Made by a program: the position numbers and the translations under genes. A model generated the notes under the pieces. It saw nothing but the letters and a program-made list of their open reading frames with translations, did no database searches and was not told where the DNA came from. From Alkalilimnicola ehrlichii MLHE-1 (lineage in GTDB: Bacteria; Pseudomonadota; Gammaproteobacteria; Nitrococcales; Halorhodospiraceae): a stretch of DNA of 32,000 bases. Shown here piece after piece: positions 18,389-28,047 of the stretch (position 1 is its first letter; the number at the start of each line of letters is the position of its first letter). The DNA is taken from positions 1,560,001 to 1,592,000 of the forward strand of contig NC_008340.1 of the NCBI RefSeq assembly GCF_000014785.1, read 5' to 3'.

Positions 18389-20374
18389 ATGGCCGCCACC
18401 TGGTATAAAGGGCTACTGTGCAGTCTGTTGCTGGCGATAGGCGCCGTCATCGCGGGGCCGGCGCCGGCTGCCGCGGACGACGAGGCGGAGTATAGGGAGC
18501 AGCGCGAACGCTTCCAGGAGGCCTGGAAGCGTTTGGTCAGCGGCCGGGAGGTGGACCTGGCGGCGGTGACATCCCGGCTGGGTGACTACCCGCTGGTACC
18601 CTACCTGCATTACCGCGATTTGCGTAATCGGCTCGACAACGCCCGGGCGGCGGAGGTACAGGCGTACCTGGACCGTTACGATCTCCCGGTCAACGGCTTC
18701 CTGCGCCGGGCCTGGCTCCATCAGCGTGCCGACGCCGGTGACTGGCAGGGCTTTATTGCCGCCTACGACCCCGGCCAGACCGATACCGCCCTCGAATGCC
18801 ACTATCTCGAGGCCCAGGCCCGAACCATCGGCCTGGACACCCATTGGCTGGACGAGGCCCGGGCATTATGGACCGTGGGCCATTCCCAGCCCGATACCTG
18901 TGACCCGGTCTTTGACCGCCTCTACGAGCGGGGCGTGCTGCGCTCGGACGACGCCTGGGCGCGGATCGACAAAGCCATGGAGAATGGCGAGCTCGGGCTC
19001 GCCCGCTTCATCGCCCGACGGCTATTGTCGGGCGATGAGCGGGCCCTGTTCGACGCCTGGGCGCGGCTTCACGAGCAGCCGGAACGGCTGCTCGACGACC
19101 CGACGATCCCATCGGGCGGCGAACGCGGCCGGACCATCCTCGCCCATGCCCTGACCCGCCTGGGGATCCGTGACCCCGACGAGGGTTGGGCGGCGCTGCA
19201 GCAGGTGGCGGAGGAGGGCCCCCTGAGCCAGGAGCGGGTGCATGAGCTGGCCCGGCATATCGCGCTGCGCGCCGCCTACGGCCACCGGGACTCCGCTGCC
19301 GACTACCTGGATCGCTTGCCAGCGGCCGCCGTCGACGATGAGGTCCGCCTCTGGCGGGCGCGGGTGGCCTTGGGCCGGGAGGATTGGCGGGGCCTGCAAC
19401 GGGCGATCGCCGATCTCCCCGCCGAGGAAGGGGCGCGGGACACGTGGCGCTACTGGGATGCGCGGGCGGACCTCGCCCTGGGACGGCTGCAGGAAGGCCA
19501 ACAGGCCCTCGCTGAACTTGCCGAACGTCGCAGCTATTACGGTTTTCTCGCCGCTGACCACGGCCTGCACGACTACCCCCTACCGCGCCGGGGCACGAGG
19601 CAGCCGGCGGCCAGCCTGGCGGCCATTGAGGCGCTGGCCGACCACCCGGGCCTGAAGCGTGCCCACGAGTTCTTCCGGCTGGGTATGTGGCCGGAGGCGC
19701 GCCGGGAGTGGCGCGAGGCGCTGACCCGGCTCCCGCCCCCGGAGCAGGAGGCGGCTGCCGAGCTGGCCCACCGCTGGGGGTGGCACGACCGGGCCATTTT
19801 CACCGCCCACCAGGCCGGGCTGCACGATGCGGTCGACCTGCGTTTCCCCACCCCGTTCCGGGATCGGGTCGAGTACCACGCGCGCGAGGCCGGCCTCGAC
19901 CCCGCCTTTGTCTTCGCCATCATCCGCAAGGAGAGCGCCTTCATGCAGGATGCCCGGTCGCACGCCGGCGCCCTGGGCCTGATGCAGGTGATGCCGGCCA
20001 CCGGGCGCGCCGTATCCCGGCGCCAGGGGCGGGCCTTGCCGTCCACCTATAGCCTGCTCGACCCGGAGGTGAGCCTGAGGGTGGGTACCGCCTATCTGGC
20101 AGAGATGCTGGCGCGTTATGACGGCAACCCGGTGCTGGCGGCGGCGGCTTACAACGCCGGTCCGCGCCACGTGGACCGCTGGTTCGAGGCTGCACCGGAC
20201 GCCAGTCCCGATGTCTGGGTGGAGCGGATCACCTTCCGGGAGACCCGCGGCTACGTCAAGGATGTGCTGGCCTGGACCAGTATCTTCTCCTGGCAACTGG
20301 GCCGGGAGCCGGTACGGGTTGCCAGCATGATGCGTGGTGGGGCGCTGTTTGCGGAACTCGACGACGAAGGGTGA
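18389..20374 (+). CDS. slt: Soluble lytic murein transglycosylase (Slt70-like)
   Basis: Signal peptide MAATWYKGLLCSLLLAIGAVIAGPAPAAAD; catalytic FAIIRKESAFMQDARSHAGALGLMQVMPATGRAV and YNAGPRHVDRWFE. Start corrected from the ORF-track start at 17714. Confidence 0.93.
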   Translation: MAATWYKGLLCSLLLAIGAVIAGPAPAAADDEAEYREQRERFQEAWKRLVSGREVDLAAVTSRLGDYPLVPYLHYRDLRNRLDNARAAEVQAYLDRYDLPVNGFLRRAWLHQRADAGDWQGFIAAYDPGQTDTALECHYLEAQARTIGLDTHWLDEARALWTVGHSQPDTCDPVFDRLYERGVLRSDDAWARIDKAMENGELGLARFIARRLLSGDERALFDAWARLHEQPERLLDDPTIPSGGERGRTILAHALTRLGIRDPDEGWAALQQVAEEGPLSQERVHELARHIALRAAYGHRDSAADYLDRLPAAAVDDEVRLWRARVALGREDWRGLQRAIADLPAEEGARDTWRYWDARADLALGRLQEGQQALAELAERRSYYGFLAADHGLHDYPLPRRGTRQPAASLAAIEALADHPGLKRAHEFFRLGMWPEARREWREALTRLPPPEQEAAAELAHRWGWHDRAIFTAHQAGLHDAVDLRFPTPFRDRVEYHAREAGLDPAFVFAIIRKESAFMQDARSHAGALGLMQVMPATGRAVSRRQGRALPSTYSLLDPEVSLRVGTAYLAEMLARYDGNPVLAAAAYNAGPRHVDRWFEAAPDASPDVWVERITFRETRGYVKDVLAWTSIFSWQLGREPVRVASMMRGGALFAELDDEG

Positions 20375-20415
20375 GGACCGAGCGCCTGATCGTTGCGGGG
20401 ATCGCCGGCACCGGC

Positions 20416-20982
20416 TCAGTAGGCGTAGGCCGCCTCTAGCATCTGGATGTCAAAGCCGTCGTTGTCGCTATGTAGACCGGCGTTGGAGGTGTGCTGGAGA
20501 CGGTAGGTGAGACTGAAGCCGGGGCTGGCCTGCCACCTCAGTGCCAAGTGGGAGGTGAACTGGAAGGGGCCGCCGAGGGCCCGCGAGCCGAGCCGGCGCC
20601 CGGAGATCAGCGTGGGTGCAGTGCCCAGCCCCAGGGCCAGCGGCAGGTCCCGGTGGCCGATCCAGAGGCCGGGTCCGGCACTGAGCTTGTAAAGGCGGTC
20701 GCCCTGGTAACTGACCCTGGCCAACTGCACCCCGCCGTAAGCCAGAACGGTCCACCCGGAGGCCGTCTCCATCAACGACCGTTGCCAGGGTCGCCAGTGC
20801 AGGCCGAAATAGCGGGCGCCGGATGCCCCCCCAAGCCCGCCACCCGCGCGCACACCCAGTTCCCCGGGATCGGCCGTCTGGGCGGTGGCGTCTCCGCTGA
20901 CAAAGATCAGGGCCGCGGCCAGCAGGCCGGCGGCGACGGTGCCCCGAAACGGCGCCCTGTAGCGCGTGTGAATCGCTCTCAT
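20416..20982 (-). CDS. Acyloxyacyl hydrolase / PagL-like outer-membrane lipid A deacylase family
   Basis: Signal peptide then beta-barrel-like strands; GSRALGGPFQFTSHLALRWQASPGFSLTYRLQHTSNAGLHSDNDGFDIQMLEAAYAY, matching the PagL C-terminal HxSNxxL motif. Confidence 0.75.
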   Translation of the reverse strand: MRAIHTRYRAPFRGTVAAGLLAAALIFVSGDATAQTADPGELGVRAGGGLGGASGARYFGLHWRPWQRSLMETASGWTVLAYGGVQLARVSYQGDRLYKLSAGPGLWIGHRDLPLALGLGTAPTLISGRRLGSRALGGPFQFTSHLALRWQASPGFSLTYRLQHTSNAGLHSDNDGFDIQMLEAAYAY

Positions 20983-21001
20983 AGGCTGGTGCGGTATCGT
21001 C

Positions 21002-21616
21002 TTATTGGTGGGTGAACACCGGCAGTTGCAGGTGCCAGCGGATGGCCGCCAGGCGCAGCAGCAGGGCCGCGAGCAGGCCGGACCAGATGGCCAGGGCGGT
21101 TGGCGCGGGCGTCAGCCCCACCCCGACATAGACCCCGGCGCCAAACAGTGCGGCGGTGGCATAGATCTCCTTTTGCAGGATCAGCGGTATCTCGCCGCAC
21201 AGCAGGTCGCGGATCATGCCGCCGAAACAGCCGGTCATCACCCCGGTGACCAGGGCGATCACCGGTGAGAAGCCGAGGCTGAGGGCCTTTTCGGCGCCGA
21301 TCACGGTGAACGTGGCCAGACCCAGGGCATCGGCCTTCACCAACAGCCCATGGGGGATCCGCTCCAGCCGTGCCAAGACCACGGTGATCAGCGCGGCGGT
21401 GCTGGCGACGATGATGTAGACCGGGTCGACCACCCAGAACACCGGGGTGGCACCCAGGGTGGCGTCACGTAGGGTGCCGCCGCCCACGGCGGTGACCAGT
21501 CCGAGGACGATGACCCCGAACAGGTCCAGGTTCTTGCGACCCGCCGCCAAGGCGCCGGAGATGGCAAACACGGCCGTGCCGAACAGGTCCAGCCAATAGA
21601 TGTAGCCAACGTCCAT
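21002..21616 (-). CDS. UPF0126 / trimeric intracellular cation channel family membrane protein
   Basis: LFGTAVFAISGALAAGRKNLDLFGVIVLGLVTAVGGGTLRDATLG and second repeat GVMTGCFGGMIRDLLCGEIPLIL. Start set at MDVGYIYWLDLFG. Confidence 0.9.
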   Translation of the reverse strand: MDVGYIYWLDLFGTAVFAISGALAAGRKNLDLFGVIVLGLVTAVGGGTLRDATLGATPVFWVVDPVYIIVASTAALITVVLARLERIPHGLLVKADALGLATFTVIGAEKALSLGFSPVIALVTGVMTGCFGGMIRDLLCGEIPLILQKEIYATAALFGAGVYVGVGLTPAPTALAIWSGLLAALLLRLAAIRWHLQLPVFTHQ

Positions 21617-21641
21617 CAGGATGCTCCCGGTTGCGCGGGCG

Positions 21642-23528
21642 TCAGCGTGACGCGCCCGGGAGGGTGTCGAGCCACCCCTGTAGACTGCGCTGAAGGCCGG
21701 CCTCGTCCAGGCCCACCTCGGCGAGCAGTTCCGCCGGAGTGCCGTGGTCAACGAAACGGTCCGGCAGGCCGAGGTGGCGCACCGGGACGTCCAGACCGGC
21801 CCGGGCCAGGTACTCGCTCACCCCGCTGCCGGCACCACCCGCCACCGCGTTCTCCTCCACGGTCACCAGCAGGTCGTGGGTGTCCGCCAGCTCACGGATC
21901 AGGGCCTCGTCAAGGGGCCGTACGAAGCGCATATCGGCCACGGTGAGGTCCAGGGCCTCGGCCACCGCCAATGCCGGTACCACGAGGGTGCCGAAGGCCA
22001 GCACCGCGATCCGCCGCCCGCGGCGACGACAAACACCCTTGCCAATGGCCAGCGGGTCCAGGTCCGCTTCCGGGAGTGCCGCGCCGGGGCCGGACCCGCG
22101 GGGGTAGCGCACCGCGAAGGGACCGTCGTGGTGGTAGCCGGTGCTCAGCAACCGCCAGCACTCCGCCTCGTCGGAGGGGGCGGCAATGGTCATATTGGGC
22201 ACGCAGCGCAGGTAAGAGAGGTCGAAGCTGCCGTGGTGGGTGGGGCCGTCGGCGCCCACCAGGCCGGCCCGGTCCACCGCGAACAGCACCGGCAGGTTCT
22301 GCAGGGCCACGTCGTGGACCAACTGGTCGTAACCCCGCTGCAGGAAGGTGGAGTAGATCGCCAACACCGGTTTCACCGACTCGCAGGCCAGGCCTGCCGC
22401 CAGCGTGACCGCGTGCTGCTCGGCGATGCCCACGTCGTGGTAGCGCTCGGGAAAGCGCCGGGCGTACTCGACCATGCCGGAGCCCTCGCGCATGGCGGGG
22501 GTGATGGCCACCAGCCGCGGGTCCTGTTCCGCCATGGCGCAGAGCCAACGTCCGAAGACCTGGTTGTAGGCCAGCGAGCCCCCGGATTTCTTCGGCAGCC
22601 CCTGCTCGGGATCGAACTGCCCGACCCCGTGGTAGGCGATGGGGTCCTGCTCCGCCGGCCGGTAACCCTTGCCCTTGCAGGTGACCACATGCAACAGGCG
22701 CGGCCCCCGTTGATGGGCCAGGTTGCCGAGCACCTCCACCAGGGCGTCCACGTTGTGGCCGTCCACCGGCCCGAAATACTGAAACCCTAACTCCTCGAAC
22801 AGCGTGCCGGGGACCACCATCCCTTTGAGGTGCTCCTCGGTGCGCCGGGCCAGTTCATGGACCGGCGGCGGCAGGCGGCGCAGCACCTCCTTACTGCCGG
22901 AGCGCAACTGGTGGTACCAGCGGCCCGACAGGATCCGAGTCAGGTGCTGGGAGAGGGCGCCCACGTTCTCGGAAATGGACATCTCGTTGTCGTTGAGCAC
23001 CACTAGCAGGTCCGCGCCCGCATCGCCGGCGTGGTTCATCGCCTCGAAGGCCTCGCCGGCGGTCATCCCGCCGTCACCGATGATGGCCACCGCCTTGCGC
23101 TGCTCCCCGGCCTGCCGCGCGGCCAGCGCCATGCCCAGGGCGGCGCTGATCGAGGTGCTGGAGTGGCCGACCCCGAAGGTGTCGTAGGGGCTCTCGGCGC
23201 GCTTGGGGAAACCCGCCAGGCCGCCGTATTTGCGGATGGTGCCCAGGCGCTCGCGGCGCCCGGTGAGGATCTTGTGCGGGTAGCACTGGTGGCCCACATC
23301 CCAGACCAGACGGTCCTCGGGGGTATTGAAGACGTAGTGCAGGGCCAGGGTCAGCTCCACGGCACCGAGTCCGGCCGCCAAGTGCCCGCCGCTACGGGCC
23401 ACGCTGTGCAGCAGGTAGTGGCGCAACTCTTTGGCCAGCGCCGGCAGGCGGTGGGCCGGCAGGGTGCGCAGGGCCTCAGGGTCGGGTACCTGGGCCAGCA
23501 GCGGGTAGTCGTCTATGGAAACGCTCAT
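21642..23528 (-). CDS. dxs: 1-deoxy-D-xylulose-5-phosphate synthase
   Basis: [92 protein letters not shown]. Confidence 0.97.
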   Translation of the reverse strand: MSVSIDDYPLLAQVPDPEALRTLPAHRLPALAKELRHYLLHSVARSGGHLAAGLGAVELTLALHYVFNTPEDRLVWDVGHQCYPHKILTGRRERLGTIRKYGGLAGFPKRAESPYDTFGVGHSSTSISAALGMALAARQAGEQRKAVAIIGDGGMTAGEAFEAMNHAGDAGADLLVVLNDNEMSISENVGALSQHLTRILSGRWYHQLRSGSKEVLRRLPPPVHELARRTEEHLKGMVVPGTLFEELGFQYFGPVDGHNVDALVEVLGNLAHQRGPRLLHVVTCKGKGYRPAEQDPIAYHGVGQFDPEQGLPKKSGGSLAYNQVFGRWLCAMAEQDPRLVAITPAMREGSGMVEYARRFPERYHDVGIAEQHAVTLAAGLACESVKPVLAIYSTFLQRGYDQLVHDVALQNLPVLFAVDRAGLVGADGPTHHGSFDLSYLRCVPNMTIAAPSDEAECWRLLSTGYHHDGPFAVRYPRGSGPGAALPEADLDPLAIGKGVCRRRGRRIAVLAFGTLVVPALAVAEALDLTVADMRFVRPLDEALIRELADTHDLLVTVEENAVAGGAGSGVSEYLARAGLDVPVRHLGLPDRFVDHGTPAELLAEVGLDEAGLQRSLQGWLDTLPGASR

Positions 23529-23992
23529 TTGTCGTTATTTCCCGGGTGTAGTCGGGCGAATACCTGGTGGATCTGCCGGGCGGCCCGCGGGTCCTGTTCG
23601 GAGACCACCCGGCCACGCACGGAAATCCCCGCGCGGTGGACGCTCTCCGGATCGCCGGAGACCAGCGGATGCCAGTCGGCCAGGCCCCGCCCCTCGGCCA
23701 GGCGCCGGTACGCACAGGTCTCTGGCAACCATTTCCAGCTTCGCGCCCCCTCCGGCGTCAGCTGGGTGCAGTCCGGAACGAACTGTCGACGATCCGGGTA
23801 ACGGGTACAGCGGCAGCTTTGGGTGTCCAGCAGCTTACAGGCCACGGGGGTGGCGATGACTGCCCCGGTGTCCTCGTCCTCGAAACTGTGCAGGCAGCAA
23901 CGCCCGCAGCCATCGCACAGCGCTTCCCACTGTGCCTGGCTCATTTCCTCCAAAGGGAGATGCTCCCAGAACGGGCGCTCGGCTCCAGTCAT
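23525..23992 (-). CDS. YcgN/YkgJ (UPF0260) cysteine-cluster protein
   Basis: [60 protein letters not shown]; stop overlaps the dxs start by 4 nt (ATGA). Confidence 0.9.
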   Translation of the reverse strand: MTGAERPFWEHLPLEEMSQAQWEALCDGCGRCCLHSFEDEDTGAVIATPVACKLLDTQSCRCTRYPDRRQFVPDCTQLTPEGARSWKWLPETCAYRRLAEGRGLADWHPLVSGDPESVHRAGISVRGRVVSEQDPRAARQIHQVFARLHPGNNDK

Positions 23993-24081
23993 AGCGGGCC
24001 ATCATACAAAGGCCGGCCCCCTTCAGGCCAGCGTGGCGGGTACGCGGGCGTCATCTTGCGGCCCGGCGCCGGGTTTCGGGC

Positions 24082-24110
24082 AGATTACAGAACTCTAACG
24101 CGGGTGTCAG
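24082..24110 (-). promoter_or_regulatory. Sigma70-type promoter for the UPF0260-dxs unit (CTGACA-17 nt-TAATCT on the minus strand)
   Basis: Reverse complement of 24105-24110 is CTGACA and of 24082-24087 is TAATCT, 17 nt spacer, about 90 nt upstream of the start codon at 23992. Confidence 0.55.
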
Positions 24111-24173
24111 TCTTGGGACAGCACCCGGTTCGTACAAGCGAACGGAACCTCCGCAAGGCGCTTGAGGTGGGGG

Positions 24174-26447
24174 TCAGGCCCGAGATCCTGCAGCCGATTT
24201 TCCCGCGGGTCTGCTCCGCTTGAGCAGCACCGAGTTACCGATCACCGAGAGTGAACTCGCCGTCATGGCAATGACGCCGATCATCGGGTGGAGCAGGCCG
24301 ATGGCGGCGATAGGGATGGCGGCGAGGTTGTAACCCCAGGCCCAGAATAGGTTCTGCACGATCTTGCGGAAGGTCAGCCGGGAGAGTTCCACGGCCTCGA
24401 CCACCTTGGTGAGTTCGCCGCTGACCAGCGTAACGTCGGCCGCTTCGATGGCGACATCCGCCCCGGCGCCGATGGCGATGCCCACGTTGGCCTGCTTGAG
24501 CGCCGGGGCGTCGTTGATGCCGTCGCCCACCATGGCCACGTGTTCGCCGTAGCGTGCCTGGAGTTGCCGGATGGCATCCACCTTGCCCTCGGGCAGCACA
24601 CCGGCCTGCACCTCGTCCAGCCCCACCTGCTCGGCGACCGCTTGGGCCGTGCGCTCGTTGTCGCCGGTGACCATGACGCAGACAATGCCGAGCCCATGCA
24701 GGGCCTCAATCGCTGCGGCTGAGTCGTCCTTGATGGTGTCGGCCACCGCCACGACGCCGGCCGGCCGATCGCCGATGGCCACCAGCATTGCGGTCTTGCC
24801 CGCGCCCTCGAGTGCGGTGAGCGGCTCCTCTAACGCGCTGATCGCCACGCCGTGCTCGGTGAGCAGGCGGCGGCTGCCGACCAGCACCCGCTCGCCGTCA
24901 AGCTGCGCCTCCACACCGCGGGCGGTGTGGGAATTGAAGCCGGTAGCGCTGCCAATGGACAGCCCGCGCGCCTTCGCGCCCTGGACGATTGCGTCCGCCA
25001 GCGGGTGGGCGGAGCCCGCTTCCACGGCCGCCGCCGCAACGAGCACCTGTTTCTCAGTGAACCCCTGCGCCGGCAGGGCATCGGTCAGGGCCGGCTCGCC
25101 TTTGGTGATGGTGCCGGTCTTGTCCAAGACAATGGCCTTGATGTCCTTGAGGCTCTGGATCGCCGAGCCGGAGCGGATCAACACCCCCCTTTCGGCCCCC
25201 ATCCCCGAGCCCACCATCAGCGCCGTGGGGGTCGCCAAGCCCAGGGCGCAGGGGCAGGCGATGACCAGCACCGCAATGGCGGCGAGCATGGCCAGGATGA
25301 TCGGCGGTTGGCCCGAATCCACCCAGGGCAGGAAGCCCTCGCCCCAGACGAGAATGGGGGAGAGCGGGCCGCTGAAAAACAGCCAGGCGATGAACGCGCC
25401 CCCCGCGATCACCAGCACTGCCGGCACGAAGCGGGCGGTGATGCGGTCGGCCAGTTCCTGCACCGGTACCCGCGAGCCCTGGGCCTCTTCCACGAGCCGG
25501 ATGACTTGCGCCAGGAAGGTGTCCTTGCCCACCCGGGTGGCACGCACCTTGAGCAACCCCTGCTGGTTGATGGTGGCACCGAGCACGGTGGCCCCGGCCG
25601 CCTTCTCCACCGGCACGGATTCGCCGGTGGCAATGGACTCGTCCACGGTGCTCTCACCCTCGAGCACCACACCGTCTGTGGGTACTTTCTCGCCAGGGCG
25701 CACAATCATCACATCGCCCGCATTGAGCTGCTTGACCGGCACCTCCACTTCCTCGCCATCGCGCTCCACGCGGGCGGTCTTCGCGCCCATGTCCAGCAAC
25801 TTCCGTATGGCCGAGGAGGCCTGCCCCTTGGCGCGGTACTCCAGATAGCGCCCCAGCATGTGGAAGGCCATGATCGTGGCCGCCATCTCGATGAACGAGG
25901 TCATCGGGTAGACAAACCCCACCAGACCGATGAAGTAGGGCGGCAGACTGCCCATGGAGATGAGCACGTCCATGTTCAGTTGCCCGGACTTCAGCGACCG
26001 CCACGCCGAGCGGTGGGTGGCCGCCCCGCCGGCCAGAAAAACCACGGGGAAAGCCAGCACCGCGATGAGGACGAGATACCCCGGGATGGGTTGCCAGAAC
26101 ATGTGGGGCATCATCAGAGTCATGATGAGGGTGGTGGGTACGGCGGCAATCCACAGTCGCTTCCATGCCTGGCTCAGGTAGGCTTCCTCGATTTCCGCAT
26201 CGTCCGCGGCATCGCTGCTGCCCTCCTCGCTGACCGAGGCGACGTCGTAGCCGGCGTCCTCTACTGCCCGGCGGATGCGGCTGCTGTCCAGCTTGTCGGT
26301 CTCGTAGCGGACCTGCACACGGTGCGCGGCGATGTTGGTGGTGACGTCCACCACCCCGTCGAGCTTCCGCAGGGACGTGGCAATGATTCCTGCGCAGTGG
26401 TCGCTGCCCATGCCGGGGACCGTCACTCGAAGCTCGCTGTTATCCAT
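24174..26447 (-). CDS. copA: Copper-translocating P1B-type ATPase (CopA-like)
   Basis: HMA-like N-terminus, phosphatase [18 protein letters not shown] (CPC), [13 protein letters not shown] motif [25 protein letters not shown]-terminal YNLAAIP and [12 protein letters not shown] typical of Cu(I) ATPases. Confidence 0.94.
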   Translation of the reverse strand: MDNSELRVTVPGMGSDHCAGIIATSLRKLDGVVDVTTNIAAHRVQVRYETDKLDSSRIRRAVEDAGYDVASVSEEGSSDAADDAEIEEAYLSQAWKRLWIAAVPTTLIMTLMMPHMFWQPIPGYLVLIAVLAFPVVFLAGGAATHRSAWRSLKSGQLNMDVLISMGSLPPYFIGLVGFVYPMTSFIEMAATIMAFHMLGRYLEYRAKGQASSAIRKLLDMGAKTARVERDGEEVEVPVKQLNAGDVMIVRPGEKVPTDGVVLEGESTVDESIATGESVPVEKAAGATVLGATINQQGLLKVRATRVGKDTFLAQVIRLVEEAQGSRVPVQELADRITARFVPAVLVIAGGAFIAWLFFSGPLSPILVWGEGFLPWVDSGQPPIILAMLAAIAVLVIACPCALGLATPTALMVGSGMGAERGVLIRSGSAIQSLKDIKAIVLDKTGTITKGEPALTDALPAQGFTEKQVLVAAAAVEAGSAHPLADAIVQGAKARGLSIGSATGFNSHTARGVEAQLDGERVLVGSRRLLTEHGVAISALEEPLTALEGAGKTAMLVAIGDRPAGVVAVADTIKDDSAAAIEALHGLGIVCVMVTGDNERTAQAVAEQVGLDEVQAGVLPEGKVDAIRQLQARYGEHVAMVGDGINDAPALKQANVGIAIGAGADVAIEAADVTLVSGELTKVVEAVELSRLTFRKIVQNLFWAWGYNLAAIPIAAIGLLHPMIGVIAMTASSLSVIGNSVLLKRSRPAGKSAAGSRA

Positions 26448-26487
26448 GGTGTAATCGCCTGTTCAACGGTGTTCGGGTAGACCGCGC

Positions 26488-26820
26488 TCATTCCCCCAGA
26501 TCCTGCTTTCGCTGCAGGTACTCCTCTCTGTCGATCTCGCCGCGCGCGTAACGTTGCTTGAGGATGTCCGGGGCATCAGACGCCTGCGGCTTGTCCGACC
26601 GCGAGTCGCCAGGGCCGCCCAGCCAGCGGATCAGCAGCACGATTAGGGCGATAACCCCACCCCAGAAGATGATCATCATCAGACCGCCGAACAGCATGTG
26701 ACCCCAGCCCGATGCGGGATGCCAGAAGCCAGGGTGGTCCACGAATCGTTGAGCGAGCGCGGGGGATGCCATCGGCGCGGTCGCCAGAAATGCGATGAGT
26801 GCGATCATGCGGTGTTTCAT
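26488..26820 (-). CDS. Small membrane protein with C-terminal SHOCT-like motif
   Basis: Signal peptide/TM MKHRMIALIAFLATAPMASPALAQ, TM HMLFGGLMMIIFWGGVIALIVLLIRWL, tail ILKQRYARGEIDREEYLQRKQDL (SHOCT). Confidence 0.85.
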   Translation of the reverse strand: MKHRMIALIAFLATAPMASPALAQRFVDHPGFWHPASGWGHMLFGGLMMIIFWGGVIALIVLLIRWLGGPGDSRSDKPQASDAPDILKQRYARGEIDREEYLQRKQDLGE

Positions 26821-26834
26821 CCCACTTCCTCCTG

Positions 26835-27323
26835 TCAGTGAGCAATTTGCCGGCGGACCAGCCATACAATCAGCGGCGGGAGCAGGATCCATTGCATCAC
26901 CGGCAGGACTCCGGTCCCCAGTATCGGCAACACAGGCATGTGGTCAGCATAAGCCCACCGCTGTGCGATCTCCGTGGCGTGCCATTCCAATACAAAGGTA
27001 ACGAGCAGCCCCGCAGCGATGAACACAGTGAGTTGTCGTGCTGCCGGGCGGCAAACCCACCAGCGGTTGCGCCATACTGCTGCGACCAGCCAGAAGCTGG
27101 ACAACGCGATCAGCGCGTCGCCGCCAGTCGCTCGCGTGCAGAAGAGGATCGCATCCCAGTGATTCGCCTCCGCCATCGATTGGAAAAATGGAACCTGCAG
27201 AAACTCCCATGGGTAGTTCAGCAGAAAGGCGAACAGCAGCACATTCAACTCCGGCTGCCGCGTGATGCGGTCCGCCAGGCCAGTGGCGTTCAGCCGGTGG
27301 TCCTTAGTGTTGCCTCCCACCAT
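26835..27323 (-). CDS. Uncharacterised small multi-TM protein in the copper operon
   Basis: Four hydrophobic segments: LLFAFLLNYPWEFLQVPFF, ALIALSSFWLVAAVW, LTVFIAAGLLVTFVLEW, LPVMQWILLPPLIVWLV. Start set at MVGGNTKDHRLN (near a GGAGG); the longer frame reaches 27371. Confidence 0.75.
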   Translation of the reverse strand: MVGGNTKDHRLNATGLADRITRQPELNVLLFAFLLNYPWEFLQVPFFQSMAEANHWDAILFCTRATGGDALIALSSFWLVAAVWRNRWWVCRPAARQLTVFIAAGLLVTFVLEWHATEIAQRWAYADHMPVLPILGTGVLPVMQWILLPPLIVWLVRRQIAH

Positions 27324-27906
27324 GGCCTCCGTGGCGGTACATGTCGCCCCGCCGTTCGCCCATGCCTTCACGCATCCGCTCTCGCTGCTCGTCGGTGAGT
27401 ATGTCCTGCATGTCGTTCCGCAGGCGGATGCGGTCGACCATCATGTCGCCGTGGAGGTCCGCCATGCGGTCGTGCAGTTCACGGACGGCATCGGGGTCAG
27501 GGCGCTCTGCACCCAGGAGGGCCTGCATCTCTTCGCGCAGGTCCATCATCTCGGCCATGCGGCGGAACTGCTTGTGACGGTGCTCGCTGCGGCGCTCGCG
27601 CAGTTGAGCTTGCTGGTCTTCATCCAGATCCAACCCGCGCATCATGCCCACACCGCCGTGCATGCCCATACCACCCTGGCCACCGCCATGCATACCGCGA
27701 CTCATCGTGCCCTGCATGCCGCCGGACGCGCCGCCCATCATCGGGCAGTCCTGCATCATGCCCATGCCACCGCCCTGTATGCCTTGAGCGCCGTGGCCGC
27801 CGCCCATCATGCCTTGCATGCCCTGAGCGCCGGCGATGCCGACAACGCCTGCCCCAACGAGCAGGACCAGACCGAGTGCTGCCTTGTAACCGCGATTCAT
27901 CGTCAT
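27304..27906 (-). CDS. Spy/CpxP-like periplasmic protein with Met/Gly/His-rich N-terminal half
   Basis: Signal peptide MTMNRGYKAALGLVLLVGAGVVGIAGAQ; GMQGMMGGGHG...MGMMQDCPMMGG; helical region LDLDEDQQAQLRERRSEHRHKQFRRMAEMMDLREEMQALL...ILTDEQRERMREGMG typical of Spy/CpxP/ZraP-like LTxxQ repeats; RBS AGGAGA. Confidence 0.82.
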   Translation of the reverse strand: MTMNRGYKAALGLVLLVGAGVVGIAGAQGMQGMMGGGHGAQGIQGGGMGMMQDCPMMGGASGGMQGTMSRGMHGGGQGGMGMHGGVGMMRGLDLDEDQQAQLRERRSEHRHKQFRRMAEMMDLREEMQALLGAERPDPDAVRELHDRMADLHGDMMVDRIRLRNDMQDILTDEQRERMREGMGERRGDMYRHGGHGGRQH

Positions 27907-28047
27907 TTTGAGCTCTCCTGAAGCGTGCGCTTCAACGGGTGGTGTGGACGCCGAAGGGCGTCGTTACGTCCTGGTTGAGTGGCAATACTGTCGGCGGCCG
28001 GGGAGTGCTGACAGCAACAGGTACGCACTGGCCGGAATGCGGGAAAA

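Noticed and set aside
21744-22790. 348-aa plus-strand ORF antisense to dxs
   Set aside because: dxs motifs are unambiguous on the minus strand; the plus frame is a GC-rich artefact.
24121-24150. GTTCG-TACAAG-CGAAC dyad downstream of copA as a possible terminator
   Set aside because: 5-bp arms and no T tract on the minus strand; too weak to call.
24852-26480. 542-aa plus-strand ORF antisense to copA (also 24571..25848, 425 aa)
   Set aside because: High-GC mirror ORFs. The minus frame carries all P-type ATPase motifs; the antisense products are His/Arg/Gly-rich without domain signatures.
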